Shown piece by piece: positions 26,522 through 35,596 of a stretch of DNA of 64,000 bases. Both the position numbers and the translations under genes were made by a program. Source of the stretch: an uncultured Clostridia bacterium (GTDB lineage: Bacteria; Bacillota; Clostridia; TANB77; CAG-508); assembly GCA_947623945.1 (NCBI GenBank), contig CANQHU010000001.1, forward strand, positions 102,585-166,584. Reading direction: 5' to 3'. Every line of letters begins with the position of its first letter. The stretch's first letter is position 1. The notes under the pieces are model-generated. The model saw only the letters and a program-made list of their open reading frames with translations, made no database searches and had not been told where the DNA came from.

Positions 26522-27223
26522 ATGGACACACCATTTAACTTAAGTTTTGACGAATTGGTAAAGCAAGTGGAGGGAAAAGCCACAGGTGAACAGGCAACCC
26601 CGCCGGAAACACCGGCTCCCGCTGCCCCTGCCGCACAGGAGACACCAGCTCCTGCTACACCGGCATCCAACGGACTGTCATTTGACGCTCTGGTCAAACA
26701 GGCACAGGACGCAGCCGCAGGAAAGGGAGTACCGGAGACGCCAACGGAACCGACCGCAGAACCGGCAAAACCGGCAGGCGTGTTATCCTTTGATGAAATG
26801 GTAGCAAAGGCAAAGGCTGCCGCTGGCGGAGAGACACCGGCTCCTGAGGCTCCGGCTTCGGAAGAGGAGGAAGTTCCATTCATGGACGAACCGGTAACAG
26901 AAGAGCCTGCCAAAGAAGAGCCTGTCAAAGAAGAGCCAGTGAAAGAAGAGCCTGTCAAAGAAGAGAAGAAGACAAAGACAAAGAAGACGGCAAAAGCGAA
27001 AGAGCCAAAAGAGCCGGTTCCGATTCCGGAGGATAAAACAGAAGAGTATCGGGTTCCGTTGAATGAGGGCGCTCCTGCTTCTGTTTCTATGGAAGCTCTG
27101 TTTACACCGGAGGAAGTAAAAGCCTTCCGAACCGAAATCAGAACCTTTGTGCGGTCTGAGTTTAAAGCGGCAATGGTCGATGTCGTAAAAGAAATGATAA
27201 AGGATTTTACAGCCAATGTATAA
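26522..27223 (+). CDS. Pro/Ala/Glu-rich disordered protein with three LSFD[EA][LM]V motifs and EEPVK repeats
   Basis: LSFDELVKQ, LSFDALVKQ and LSFDEMVAK are separated by PA-rich linkers. Contains (K)EEPVKEEPVKEEPVKEE. ATG at 26522 has an AGAGAGG RBS. Confidence 0.6.
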   Translation: MDTPFNLSFDELVKQVEGKATGEQATPPETPAPAAPAAQETPAPATPASNGLSFDALVKQAQDAAAGKGVPETPTEPTAEPAKPAGVLSFDEMVAKAKAAAGGETPAPEAPASEEEEVPFMDEPVTEEPAKEEPVKEEPVKEEPVKEEKKTKTKKTAKAKEPKEPVPIPEDKTEEYRVPLNEGAPASVSMEALFTPEEVKAFRTEIRTFVRSEFKAAMVDVVKEMIKDFTANV

Positions 27224-29279
27224 TCCCGGCCAACAGGCGTTAATCGACGCTCCGATTACCGAAAAGGCAATCGGAGTGGCTGGCGCCGGTACCGGCAAGA
27301 CGACGACCATTCTTGCACGAACCGAGCGTATTTTAAAGGAATGTCAGACAGGGAATGTCCTGTTAATTACCTTTACGAGAGCCGCAGCCAATGATTTACG
27401 GACTCGATTGACACAGAAATTAACGGAAGCCTTACCGGTTGCTGCCATTGGAGATAATCCACAGGCAACGGCGGCTGATTTGCGGCGTGTGAATGTCGGA
27501 ACCTTTCACAGCGTCATTGCCAATTTCATTCGTCGGCACGCAACGGAAATTGGATTGGATTCTAACTTCTCTATCATAGATGAGAATTCAACCGGAATTA
27601 TGTTTCGGAATTTGGTAGAATCGAATGAGACCTATAAGGAGGAGCTGCTTCGCTGGGCGGCAGATGAGAGCGATACGAAACTGGCGAAGAAGCATTATAA
27701 TCTGTTGGCAGACACCGTGTCGGTCTTAATCAATATCTCTCGTCCGGGAGAATTGATGACCGGAGATTTTTCTAAAGAAACGCTATATGAGTTGGAAAAA
27801 TCAGCCAAACAGATAACTTCGCAAAATAGTCAGACCGTAGCCAATTATTGTTACAAGCTGTTCAAAGAGTCCATGATAGACGGAAAACGCACCAATACCG
27901 TGACCTATGACCAGATATTGTTCATTGGATACTTAATGATGCAAAACGACATCTTAAAGGACGAGCGAAGTAATTACATTCACACCATTGTGGATGAATA
28001 TCAGGATACCAACCGGTTACAGGATGATTTCATTCGCTATTTTGCCGGAGACAATTTAACCATTGTGGGAGATATTGACCAGTCCATTTATGGATTCCGA
28101 GGCGGCCGTCCAACTTTGATAACGGAACACGCCAAAGAGGGAACGGTGTATAACTTAAATGAGAATTACCGTTCTTATCAGTCGATTCTGGATTCGGCAA
28201 ATCAGATTATCAAAGGAAATGAAACCGGACAGGAGATTCGGGCAGACTTACAGGCAACCCGAGGTGACACCGACGGACAGACCATGACCTTAACGGTATC
28301 AGATAGGGATATTCTGGAAAGTCGACAGGTGGTTGACTTTATCAAAGAATACCACGATAATAGAGGTGTACCATATAATGAAATGGCCATCTTAATTCGC
28401 AGCCGTATGGTACTGCCGATGATAGCGAAGGAGCTGGCAAGTCAGTCTATTCCGGTCAATAATACGACCAAGTATGCGGATTTTATGAAATCCGATGAAA
28501 TGGTGGATACTTTGAATTATTTAAAGGTATTTGTCAACCCGAAAGACATCTATGCATTTTTGGGTATCTTAGACCGCCCAAAGAAAGGCATTGGTCCGGC
28601 AGCGATTACAAAGCTACAGGACTATGCGCAAAAGCATAACATGGGTTTGATAGAATACATTTTATCCGAAGAGACAAAAGAGTTGACGCCATCCTTGCGA
28701 AATAAAATTTCGCATTTCGCAAATGTTTACAATGCGGTTGGAAAATATTCCAGACACACCAACATATCCCTGTTAAATCTGGTGAAAGAGCTTCATGATA
28801 AGTTTGGATATCGGGAGTGGCTGGACACTTTGAAAGATGCAGACCGGCATCGAGCGAATCTGGTGACACTGGATAATATGATAGAGCAGTTTGACAAGGA
28901 GTATCGAAAGGAAAATCCGAATGGAACGCTGTTTGATTTGGCAAGCGCCTTTGTCTTTGATATGACCAGTGTGGCAGTTCAGAATGAGACCAAAGACGGC
29001 GTTTGCATTACCACCATTCACAATGCGAAAGGATTGGAGTGGCAGCATATCTTCCTGTTAGGACTGGAAGAAGAAATGTTCCCCGGCACGAAAATGCTGG
29101 ATAAGGAGGATATGGAAAGTGAACGGCGTTTGCTCTATGTGGCATTAACCCGAGCGAAAGATTCCGTGCATTTATATGCAGCCAGACATCGGGTGACTTA
29201 TCAGGATTGTGAGTTACACCCCAGCCGGTTCATCGGCGAACTGGGCATTACCGCCCCCACCTATTACATCAAAGAGTAA
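27216..29279 (+). CDS. UvrD/PcrA/Rep-family SF1 DNA helicase
   Basis: Walker A GAGTGKTT, motif II VDEYQDTN, TTIHNAKGLEW and LLYVALTRAKDS. Confidence 0.88.
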   Translation: MYNPGQQALIDAPITEKAIGVAGAGTGKTTTILARTERILKECQTGNVLLITFTRAAANDLRTRLTQKLTEALPVAAIGDNPQATAADLRRVNVGTFHSVIANFIRRHATEIGLDSNFSIIDENSTGIMFRNLVESNETYKEELLRWAADESDTKLAKKHYNLLADTVSVLINISRPGELMTGDFSKETLYELEKSAKQITSQNSQTVANYCYKLFKESMIDGKRTNTVTYDQILFIGYLMMQNDILKDERSNYIHTIVDEYQDTNRLQDDFIRYFAGDNLTIVGDIDQSIYGFRGGRPTLITEHAKEGTVYNLNENYRSYQSILDSANQIIKGNETGQEIRADLQATRGDTDGQTMTLTVSDRDILESRQVVDFIKEYHDNRGVPYNEMAILIRSRMVLPMIAKELASQSIPVNNTTKYADFMKSDEMVDTLNYLKVFVNPKDIYAFLGILDRPKKGIGPAAITKLQDYAQKHNMGLIEYILSEETKELTPSLRNKISHFANVYNAVGKYSRHTNISLLNLVKELHDKFGYREWLDTLKDADRHRANLVTLDNMIEQFDKEYRKENPNGTLFDLASAFVFDMTSVAVQNETKDGVCITTIHNAKGLEWQHIFLLGLEEEMFPGTKMLDKEDMESERRLLYVALTRAKDSVHLYAARHRVTYQDCELHPSRFIGELGITAPTYYIKE

Positions 29280-29292
29280 AGGAAGTGATATC

Positions 29293-32028
29293 GTGCATCG
29301 TTTTTGGGATATAGAGTGTTATGACAATTTATTTTGTGTCGGATTCCTAGACGAGAACGAACATCTGGATATGTTCTATTTATGCGATAAAGGGGACGAA
29401 GTGGAGGCTGCCTGCCGAGACAGTGGGTATGATTATACCTGTTATGATTTGGCAGAAAACGGTCATTTACTGGAAGTATTCATGGAAAATCCAATTCCCA
29501 GCAACGGGGAGGCAACGGTGTTGTCAACCTTCCTTGGCGTAGACAATGAAAAGGTCGAGCCAAAGAAAGACTGGTATTTTTCCTACAATGGAGCCAACTA
29601 TGATATCCCGATGATTGATTATGTCATTCATTCGGGCATGACCGCCGGAAAAGTGCGGTTATCGACGGAAACCTTACGACGGCACAGCAATGCGCTGATT
29701 ACACAGAAGCGAACATTTGCTGGACTGTCGAAATATTTACGATATGGAAATCATGTGGATGTTGCCCTGCTTAATGAGACAAAAATTGAGCGGGGCCGTC
29801 CAACAGTCGGTTTAAAGACCTTGGCCGGTATTTTGGGCGGTTCCATCATTGAATCCGAATCCAATAATACCGGGCATTCGGAAAGTATTTATTCGGATAT
29901 CCTGTACAATATCAATGATGTGGCGGAGTTAAAGCATCGCGTGTTTAAGGGTTTTTTGCACACGAAGTTTAAGACTAAAAAGAACTTACTGGAACGGTAT
30001 CCGCATTTGCTGGATAACGGTGTGACGGTCAATTCGACCAGCGCCAAGTTTGTGGAGTATATCATTGCTCCGGAAAATCCAATTGAAGACTTACCAGTGG
30101 TCAATTATGCTTATCCTGCAAAGCACATTGCCGAGCGGTATGGGATGAAACAAGTGAACATTCTGGAAAATACCAAAGACTGGTATTTGAAGAATGTCTA
30201 TCTGCCGATTTCCAAAGTCAACCCGAAAGCGGCAAAAGCACATTTGGCGAAGTTTATGTCCATTTGTGGCTATTATGGCTATTATGAGGGAAAGAACTGG
30301 AATGAGTCAACAAGACACATTTTCAAGTATCAAACCCCCGGTCACAGTACCAAGGAGCGTCGGATTGCAGATAGAACCTACGGCGTTATTTTGCCATTTA
30401 TCCGAAAAGACGGCGTAGAATCACCTTCGTATGTTCGATTTTCCGTCGGCGGCATTCACGGGGCGGAAATCAATGCAGCACAGCTTGCACAGGATAGAGA
30501 AACTATCAGACGGTTAAAGGAACAGTATGGATATATCTCCAAAATTCCAAAAGGCACGGTGTCCAACGGGTTATTACAGCTTATCATCAAGCAGTCGAGA
30601 ACCCCTTATGAGGATTATCCCGTGCGTTGTTCCCATGAAATACCGTATTTCTTTGAACACACAAAAGAGGTTGATGAAATTATTGACCCGGAAGAATTTT
30701 CTCCCTATATGGTGCAGAAAATGAAACACGAAGACGGTCTTGGGGATTATCAGGAAATGGTCATTGAGCGGTACAAGTACACCAGTACCGGCAAGTCTAC
30801 CCACCAAGACTTTATTTCCTATTACCCAATGTTAATGATAATGTTGGGAACCTTTTACGACGGAAAAGGCAAAGACCCATATGCAGAAGTCAAAGACCTT
30901 CGGGTAACCATTAAGGCAAAGCTAAAGGAGCTGCCATTTGGCAGTACAGAATATAACAATGTCAACGACGAGCAGGAGGGATACAAGCTGATATTAAACT
31001 CAGCATCCGGCATCTTGGACGGCAGTCACGATACCAATTTGCGAGCCAACAATAAGGCGATGACCATGCGGATTATCGGACAGCTTTTTACCTTCCGTAT
31101 CGGCATGGCGCTGGCGTTGGAGGGAGCGGTGATTCCGTCTTCCAATACCGACGGTATCTATGCGTGTGGTATTGACCTTGAGAAAAACCGTGTGATTGTA
31201 GACACAGTGCTGAAAGACTTCCACATTGAGATTGAACCGGAAGAACTGTTTTTGGTGTCCAAGGACAGTAATAACCGTATGGAGATAGTAGACGGGAAAG
31301 TGGTTTCTGCCAAAGGCGGAACGATTTCCAGTTGGAAAGGGGCGCAAGTAGATACTTCCCTTGCCCATCCGGCTTTGGTTGATAAGATTTTGACCTTATA
31401 TCTGCCTCGCGCCGATTTGATGAAGCCGGTCAACAAAACGCTCATTCGGGACTGTTTGGAAGAATATCTACAGACGGAAAATCATCGAAAATTTGTGTAT
31501 ATGGCCAGTTGGATATTGCGTTCCACATCCGGTAGTATTTTTGTTGACAGTGCGCATCAGGTACACAAAGGCACCATTCGGGCTTGGCTTTCGGATAATG
31601 GAGTATCTTTAACCAGATACAACACCCGGGCAACCCGGTGTGGTACTACTACAGATGAGTATGCGGCACAGTTGTTCCCGGCCAGTGTGTTGGGAAAGCC
31701 GGAAGTAGTAGAATATTTGTCCAGCTTAAATGCATTGGAAAATACCTTTCCAAAAGCCGTGACCGTGGAACAGTATCAGGCGTTCAAATCGTCAAAACTG
31801 GCGGCAGGGCAGACTTGGAAAGATGTCAATGTATCGGTTCCGGTCATTACGGATACCAAAATTACAAATCTTTCTGATACGGCACGGCTGTTTATTGATA
31901 ACCGTTGTATTGATGAGATGAAAGATGTAGAAATTGAACAGATTTATGAGCATATCTGTATCCAAGAGTATGTGGATTTGATTGCTACTTTTGCGGATAC
32001 TTGGCACAATCCATTGGTGCCGTCATAG
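29293..32028 (+). CDS. family-B DNA polymerase
   Basis: Exo I FWDIECYD, Exo II YNGANYDIPMI, Exo III YNINDVAEL. Pol motif A DFISYYPML, motif B KLILNSASG, motif C SNTDGIY. GTG at 29293 lies 7 nt after AAAGGAAG. Confidence 0.8.
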   Translation: MHRFWDIECYDNLFCVGFLDENEHLDMFYLCDKGDEVEAACRDSGYDYTCYDLAENGHLLEVFMENPIPSNGEATVLSTFLGVDNEKVEPKKDWYFSYNGANYDIPMIDYVIHSGMTAGKVRLSTETLRRHSNALITQKRTFAGLSKYLRYGNHVDVALLNETKIERGRPTVGLKTLAGILGGSIIESESNNTGHSESIYSDILYNINDVAELKHRVFKGFLHTKFKTKKNLLERYPHLLDNGVTVNSTSAKFVEYIIAPENPIEDLPVVNYAYPAKHIAERYGMKQVNILENTKDWYLKNVYLPISKVNPKAAKAHLAKFMSICGYYGYYEGKNWNESTRHIFKYQTPGHSTKERRIADRTYGVILPFIRKDGVESPSYVRFSVGGIHGAEINAAQLAQDRETIRRLKEQYGYISKIPKGTVSNGLLQLIIKQSRTPYEDYPVRCSHEIPYFFEHTKEVDEIIDPEEFSPYMVQKMKHEDGLGDYQEMVIERYKYTSTGKSTHQDFISYYPMLMIMLGTFYDGKGKDPYAEVKDLRVTIKAKLKELPFGSTEYNNVNDEQEGYKLILNSASGILDGSHDTNLRANNKAMTMRIIGQLFTFRIGMALALEGAVIPSSNTDGIYACGIDLEKNRVIVDTVLKDFHIEIEPEELFLVSKDSNNRMEIVDGKVVSAKGGTISSWKGAQVDTSLAHPALVDKILTLYLPRADLMKPVNKTLIRDCLEEYLQTENHRKFVYMASWILRSTSGSIFVDSAHQVHKGTIRAWLSDNGVSLTRYNTRATRCGTTTDEYAAQLFPASVLGKPEVVEYLSSLNALENTFPKAVTVEQYQAFKSSKLAAGQTWKDVNVSVPVITDTKITNLSDTARLFIDNRCIDEMKDVEIEQIYEHICIQEYVDLIATFADTWHNPLVPS

Positions 32029-32039
32029 GAGGAATGTAT

Positions 32040-32873
32040 ATGGGAAAAGCGCCAAAACGAGGACAAAACATTGTTATCAAAACCCAATTTAATATCAACG
32101 GTTCCAGAGGAGCCAATGTAGGCCATTTCATATCCGATTATGTTGCCAGAGGGGCCGCCACCGACCCCTCACTGGCATATCTTCCGCCTACCGACCGTCC
32201 GATAGAACCGGGAGACGGCGTGGCATTTACCTTAAATGCAACTGCCATTTCCAGACAGGAAACGCTTGACCTTGCAGACCGGGTGCAGAGCCTGTTTGAG
32301 CAGGGCAATCGAGCCATTGAACAAATGGTCATTTCCTTTTCCCCGGAATATTTAGTGGAAGAGGGCATTGTGCCGGACAATGTGCCGATTTTGCGTCGGG
32401 GCGATTACCGGTTTAATTATGATGATGTCCGGATTCGGCACGCAGTTTCGACCGGGGTTTCTGCTATGTTGGAAAACGACGGATACTACAATGGAAAAAT
32501 GGTAGCGGCGATTCAGTCGGATACCCTGCACCTTCATGTTCATGCCGTGGTGTATGAGGACGGCAACCAGTTTGTGCGAAAGCATGGAAAAGAAGAACGG
32601 GGAATGTTAAAGGAAAGCTCCTTAAACCGGCTTTCTCATCACATTGACCGATATTTGGAAACCACAAAGGATTTGAGTGTGATTCCCACACAGCGGTTAT
32701 TAACGCCAGAGTGGCTGCCAGAGCGTGGCTCTTCCCATACCATTATCTTGCCGCCATCTACGGATGTATATATTGACACTTATTTGAAATTATTGGAAGA
32801 ACGGGAACGGGAAGAGGCGTTGCGAAAGACGCAAGTCCAACCAGAAATAGAACAAGGAGGTTTGACACTATGA
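32040..32873 (+). CDS. relaxase/mobilisation-nuclease-like HUH protein (putative)
   Basis: SDTLHLHVHAVVYED resembles the MOB-P relaxase histidine-triad motif (H.D.D..H.H..). N-terminal ISDYVARG is a candidate Tyr box. AGGAGG lies 7 nt before the ATG at 32040. Confidence 0.45.
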   Translation: MGKAPKRGQNIVIKTQFNINGSRGANVGHFISDYVARGAATDPSLAYLPPTDRPIEPGDGVAFTLNATAISRQETLDLADRVQSLFEQGNRAIEQMVISFSPEYLVEEGIVPDNVPILRRGDYRFNYDDVRIRHAVSTGVSAMLENDGYYNGKMVAAIQSDTLHLHVHAVVYEDGNQFVRKHGKEERGMLKESSLNRLSHHIDRYLETTKDLSVIPTQRLLTPEWLPERGSSHTIILPPSTDVYIDTYLKLLEEREREEALRKTQVQPEIEQGGLTL

Positions 32874-33163
32874 TAATCAAACATTTGGATACTGATACAC
32901 AGACGATTACCGTGGAATTTCAGTATGGAGAAATCCAAAATATTTCTAATGGATTGTATCTGGCAAAGGAAAGTATTGCCAGAGATATAGACGGTGACCT
33001 TGCTGATTTGATACTTCCCGAACAGTTAGATGACATTCAGGGAAAGGCCGCGCTGTTATTTGACCTAATCAAGCACGGCATGATACAAAAAGAAACCGTG
33101 AATCGGTTACAAAAAGCATGGAATGGAAAGGAGAATTCGTGTGAAAGTTATCTCCAACAATAG
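32870..33163 (+). CDS. hypothetical protein
   Basis: ATGA overlap with the upstream gene. 97 aa. Confidence 0.55.
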   Translation: MIIKHLDTDTQTITVEFQYGEIQNISNGLYLAKESIARDIDGDLADLILPEQLDDIQGKAALLFDLIKHGMIQKETVNRLQKAWNGKENSCESYLQQ

Positions 33164-33326
33164 AAAGAAAGGGACGGTTCGTATCGAACTGAAAGAAATA
33201 GAAGTGCAAAGCCTGTTACATGGAACTATCCCGGCAGAAATGAAACAGAAATTAGCAAAAACAGAAAATCCCAAGCCTGTCGCTTTGGTCGAAGTGGCTG
33301 GGATTTTTTCTCAATTTCATAGTTGA
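33141..33326 (+). CDS. hypothetical small protein
   Basis: GTG 8 nt after GGAAAGGAGA; an alternative ATG lies at 33123. Confidence 0.35.
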   Translation: MKVISNNRKKGTVRIELKEIEVQSLLHGTIPAEMKQKLAKTENPKPVALVEVAGIFSQFHS

Positions 33327-33363
33327 CAATTTCTATCACCTATGATAGAATTTAACTATCATA
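33323..33363 (+). promoter_or_regulatory. sigma-70-type promoter with overlapping inverted repeat
   Basis: TTGACA (33323-28), 17-nt spacer, extended -10 TGaTAGAAT (33343-51). The perfect inverted repeat TATGATAG-N7-CTATCATA (33341-63) overlaps the -10. Confidence 0.7.
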
Positions 33364-33496
33364 AGTTTCCTGTCCCCGAGCCACAGGTTGAAATGCTCTG
33401 GTAAGGCATTTTGTAAAATAATGTGACCGAAGAATTGTCAGAAGAATTTAAAGAAAGGAAAAGCTGCTTACGAAACAGCAGTAGGAAGTATGTAGT

Positions 33497-34168
33497 ATGA
33501 ATAGTTTAGGAAAAGTTTTAAACGGTTTTGAATGGGATTATGAAGGGACTATCCAGATTATGAGAGGTACCGGCTATCAAGGAAAGGGTGTCAGCAGAAC
33601 ATTGTTCCTGTCACCGAAATTGGAGGACATTCCGGAGCAGTTATTTGCTCTTAAGGTATCGCAATCAACCAACCCAGCGAAAGCAGGGAAGTTGACATTC
33701 CGGTACTTCTCATTCCGGTTTGACAAGGATGCGAAGTTTGAGAACTTAGCTCCTTCAGAAGTAACAATGGAGACTCCATTGGCCGATGTAAAGAATCTTG
33801 TAGTCAGCAAAATGGGCAATATTCCGAACGCAGAGATTTCTATCAATGTGACACTGCACGGGAAGTTTACGAACATCACTTGTGCAGACGGCGTATTTTC
33901 TATTTATGATGAAGAGAAGTTTAAGAGTCCCGACCCGACAAAGTCTGGCAATGCTCCTTACTATGTGAAGTCCGATAGCATTATTCGGGTTCATTTAAAG
34001 GGTGCAGAGTCTCAGGGCAATGAGTATATTCAGACAACCTTGAGTACCACATCGGTATCAGACGACATTTTCGCAAAGTCTCAGGCAGGTAAGGTTTGGG
34101 GAGAAGACGACGGAGATAGCGCAGGCGCTGCTCCAGTCGACAGTACACCCGCAACACCTGTTTGGTAA
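33497..34168 (+). CDS. hypothetical protein, monocistronic, acidic C-terminal tail ending in W
   Basis: 223 aa between a consensus promoter and a strong terminator. Tail is ..WGEDDGDSAGAAPVDSTPATPVW. Confidence 0.65.
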   Translation: MNSLGKVLNGFEWDYEGTIQIMRGTGYQGKGVSRTLFLSPKLEDIPEQLFALKVSQSTNPAKAGKLTFRYFSFRFDKDAKFENLAPSEVTMETPLADVKNLVVSKMGNIPNAEISINVTLHGKFTNITCADGVFSIYDEEKFKSPDPTKSGNAPYYVKSDSIIRVHLKGAESQGNEYIQTTLSTTSVSDDIFAKSQAGKVWGEDDGDSAGAAPVDSTPATPVW

Positions 34169-34248
34169 TGTGAAAACCTCAATGTGACAGTTCGACCACG
34201 AGGCTAGGTTCGGGAGACTTTCGTATCAAATGTTGCATTTTACGATAA

Positions 34249-34282
34249 CCGTACAGTCTAATGGGCTGTACGGTTTTTTTTT
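34249..34282 (+). terminator. intrinsic terminator
   Basis: CCGTACAG-N9-CTGTACGG followed by T9. Confidence 0.8.
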
Positions 34283-34315
34283 GTACATAAAATAGAAAGG
34301 AGATTACTTGCGAGC

Positions 34316-35584
34316 GTGATAGAAGTATATTGTGATGAATCGGTCTGTATTCAAAGAGACGAAAACCAGAACGACCGATATTATATTCAGGCAAATGTGG
34401 AACAGCGTTATATCAAAAACTATGATTTAAAACGGCATTCGACACCCGTGGAAGACGCAAGATTACAAAAGACCTTATATCTGTTGTCTTTAGTTCATCG
34501 GTATATGCGTCCGGAGGAATTATATTTTCAGGAAAAAGCCAATATGGTGCGTCTTATGGCCGGATTATCCGATGACTATCTTATTCCCTCTGCCGACTCT
34601 GTTATCTGGCGGTCTATGGTACTTCGGAGAGTAGCCTTGGAATTACGGAAAACCTATGGAGACCGAGATGATAAGATAGCGCCTTTGTCCGACGCCATCG
34701 AACACATTGTTCGAGTATTTTCTTTGACGCCGTTGGATTTGGTAAAGACCGAGTCCCTTGTGGATACCGAGCAGGTGAAAGCCGCACTCACAAAATGGGA
34801 GCTATCCCGTTATGCCAAGCACATTGAGAAAGTGATTTCCTTTAAGAAACAGTCAGGGCGCCGGTATGAGAAACGGACAGGAATGTTGTCCATTATGGTA
34901 CCAGAATATCTGGTACAATCCGAAGCGTGGCAGGAAATGGTAAACAACGGAGAGGGATTTACCACGCATCCTGTATATGTATATTGCTATCGGGGCATAC
35001 AGAATGGACGCATGGTTTTTGACTTAAACCGAATGGTACAGGACATTGAACTATTGACGGTACAGATGACATCGAATCAATTTCGTCCAAAGAAGAATTA
35101 TCCCCATTCATCTCCTTCAACCAACGGATATCCTTTATTTAATTTTAACGATGCGTTGGAGGCTTTGGATACACATATGTCCCAGCTTATATGGCGTCGG
35201 AATATGGACGAGACGGTTTCGTTCGCCATTCACAATCGGTGTGAACCGTGGCGACTGTTGCCACATCGGGCTATGGCTGTCTATTTTCTGGTGAAAGTGT
35301 CAGACGCCCGGATTCAGAAGCTGCATAAGAAAAACTTAATCACTTTGACACTTTTTCAGGATATTTGTGATTTTGAAGAGCAGGCGGGCTACAATGCCTT
35401 GTGGATACGAAATACCGTAGAACGAATGCGGCCCTATGTGCCGTTAGCGATGACGGCGCTCATCAGTGAATGGAACCAAAAGTATGGGAACCACCGGGAG
35501 GAATTTCTCTTTGTGTATCCCAATTTTCGGACATCCTTTGACGAGGAGACCGGTATCATTCAACTGGTCAACTATGCAGATTAA
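34316..35584 (+). CDS. unknown-family protein, tandem paralog 1 (most divergent)
   Basis: GTG start after GAAAGGAG. Shares its N-terminal (..YCDE..), central and C-terminal (..IIQLVNYAD) layout with the 37182, 38757 and 40234 products. Confidence 0.6.
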   Translation: MIEVYCDESVCIQRDENQNDRYYIQANVEQRYIKNYDLKRHSTPVEDARLQKTLYLLSLVHRYMRPEELYFQEKANMVRLMAGLSDDYLIPSADSVIWRSMVLRRVALELRKTYGDRDDKIAPLSDAIEHIVRVFSLTPLDLVKTESLVDTEQVKAALTKWELSRYAKHIEKVISFKKQSGRRYEKRTGMLSIMVPEYLVQSEAWQEMVNNGEGFTTHPVYVYCYRGIQNGRMVFDLNRMVQDIELLTVQMTSNQFRPKKNYPHSSPSTNGYPLFNFNDALEALDTHMSQLIWRRNMDETVSFAIHNRCEPWRLLPHRAMAVYFLVKVSDARIQKLHKKNLITLTLFQDICDFEEQAGYNALWIRNTVERMRPYVPLAMTALISEWNQKYGNHREEFLFVYPNFRTSFDEETGIIQLVNYAD

Positions 35585-35596
35585 CAGGAGGGACTT

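Noticed and set aside
26263-27216. 317-aa minus-strand ORF rich in Ser/Gly/Ala/Thr.
   Set aside because: It is a shadow ORF antisense to two well-supported + strand genes (25652 and 26522). It is generated by the low-complexity PA/E-rich coding repeat, has no RBS, and would break the uniform + strand operon.
29209-29292. Longer PolB ORF starting at ATG 29209, inside the UvrD-like gene.
   Set aside because: It would overlap the helicase gene by 71 nt and has no RBS. The GTG at 29293 follows AAAGGAAG and begins right at the Exo I motif region.
33364-33496. A leader of about 135 nt upstream of the 223-aa gene, considered as a possible riboswitch.
   Set aside because: Only two short 5-bp hairpins are visible and there is no resemblance to any riboswitch class I know. 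It is kept only as a long 5' UTR.
34185-34240. A GGTTCGGGAG string resembling a tRNA T-arm, in the intergenic region after the 223-aa gene.
   Set aside because: No acceptor stem, D-arm or anticodon arm can be drawn around it. The region is better explained as a 3' UTR leading into the terminator at 34249.
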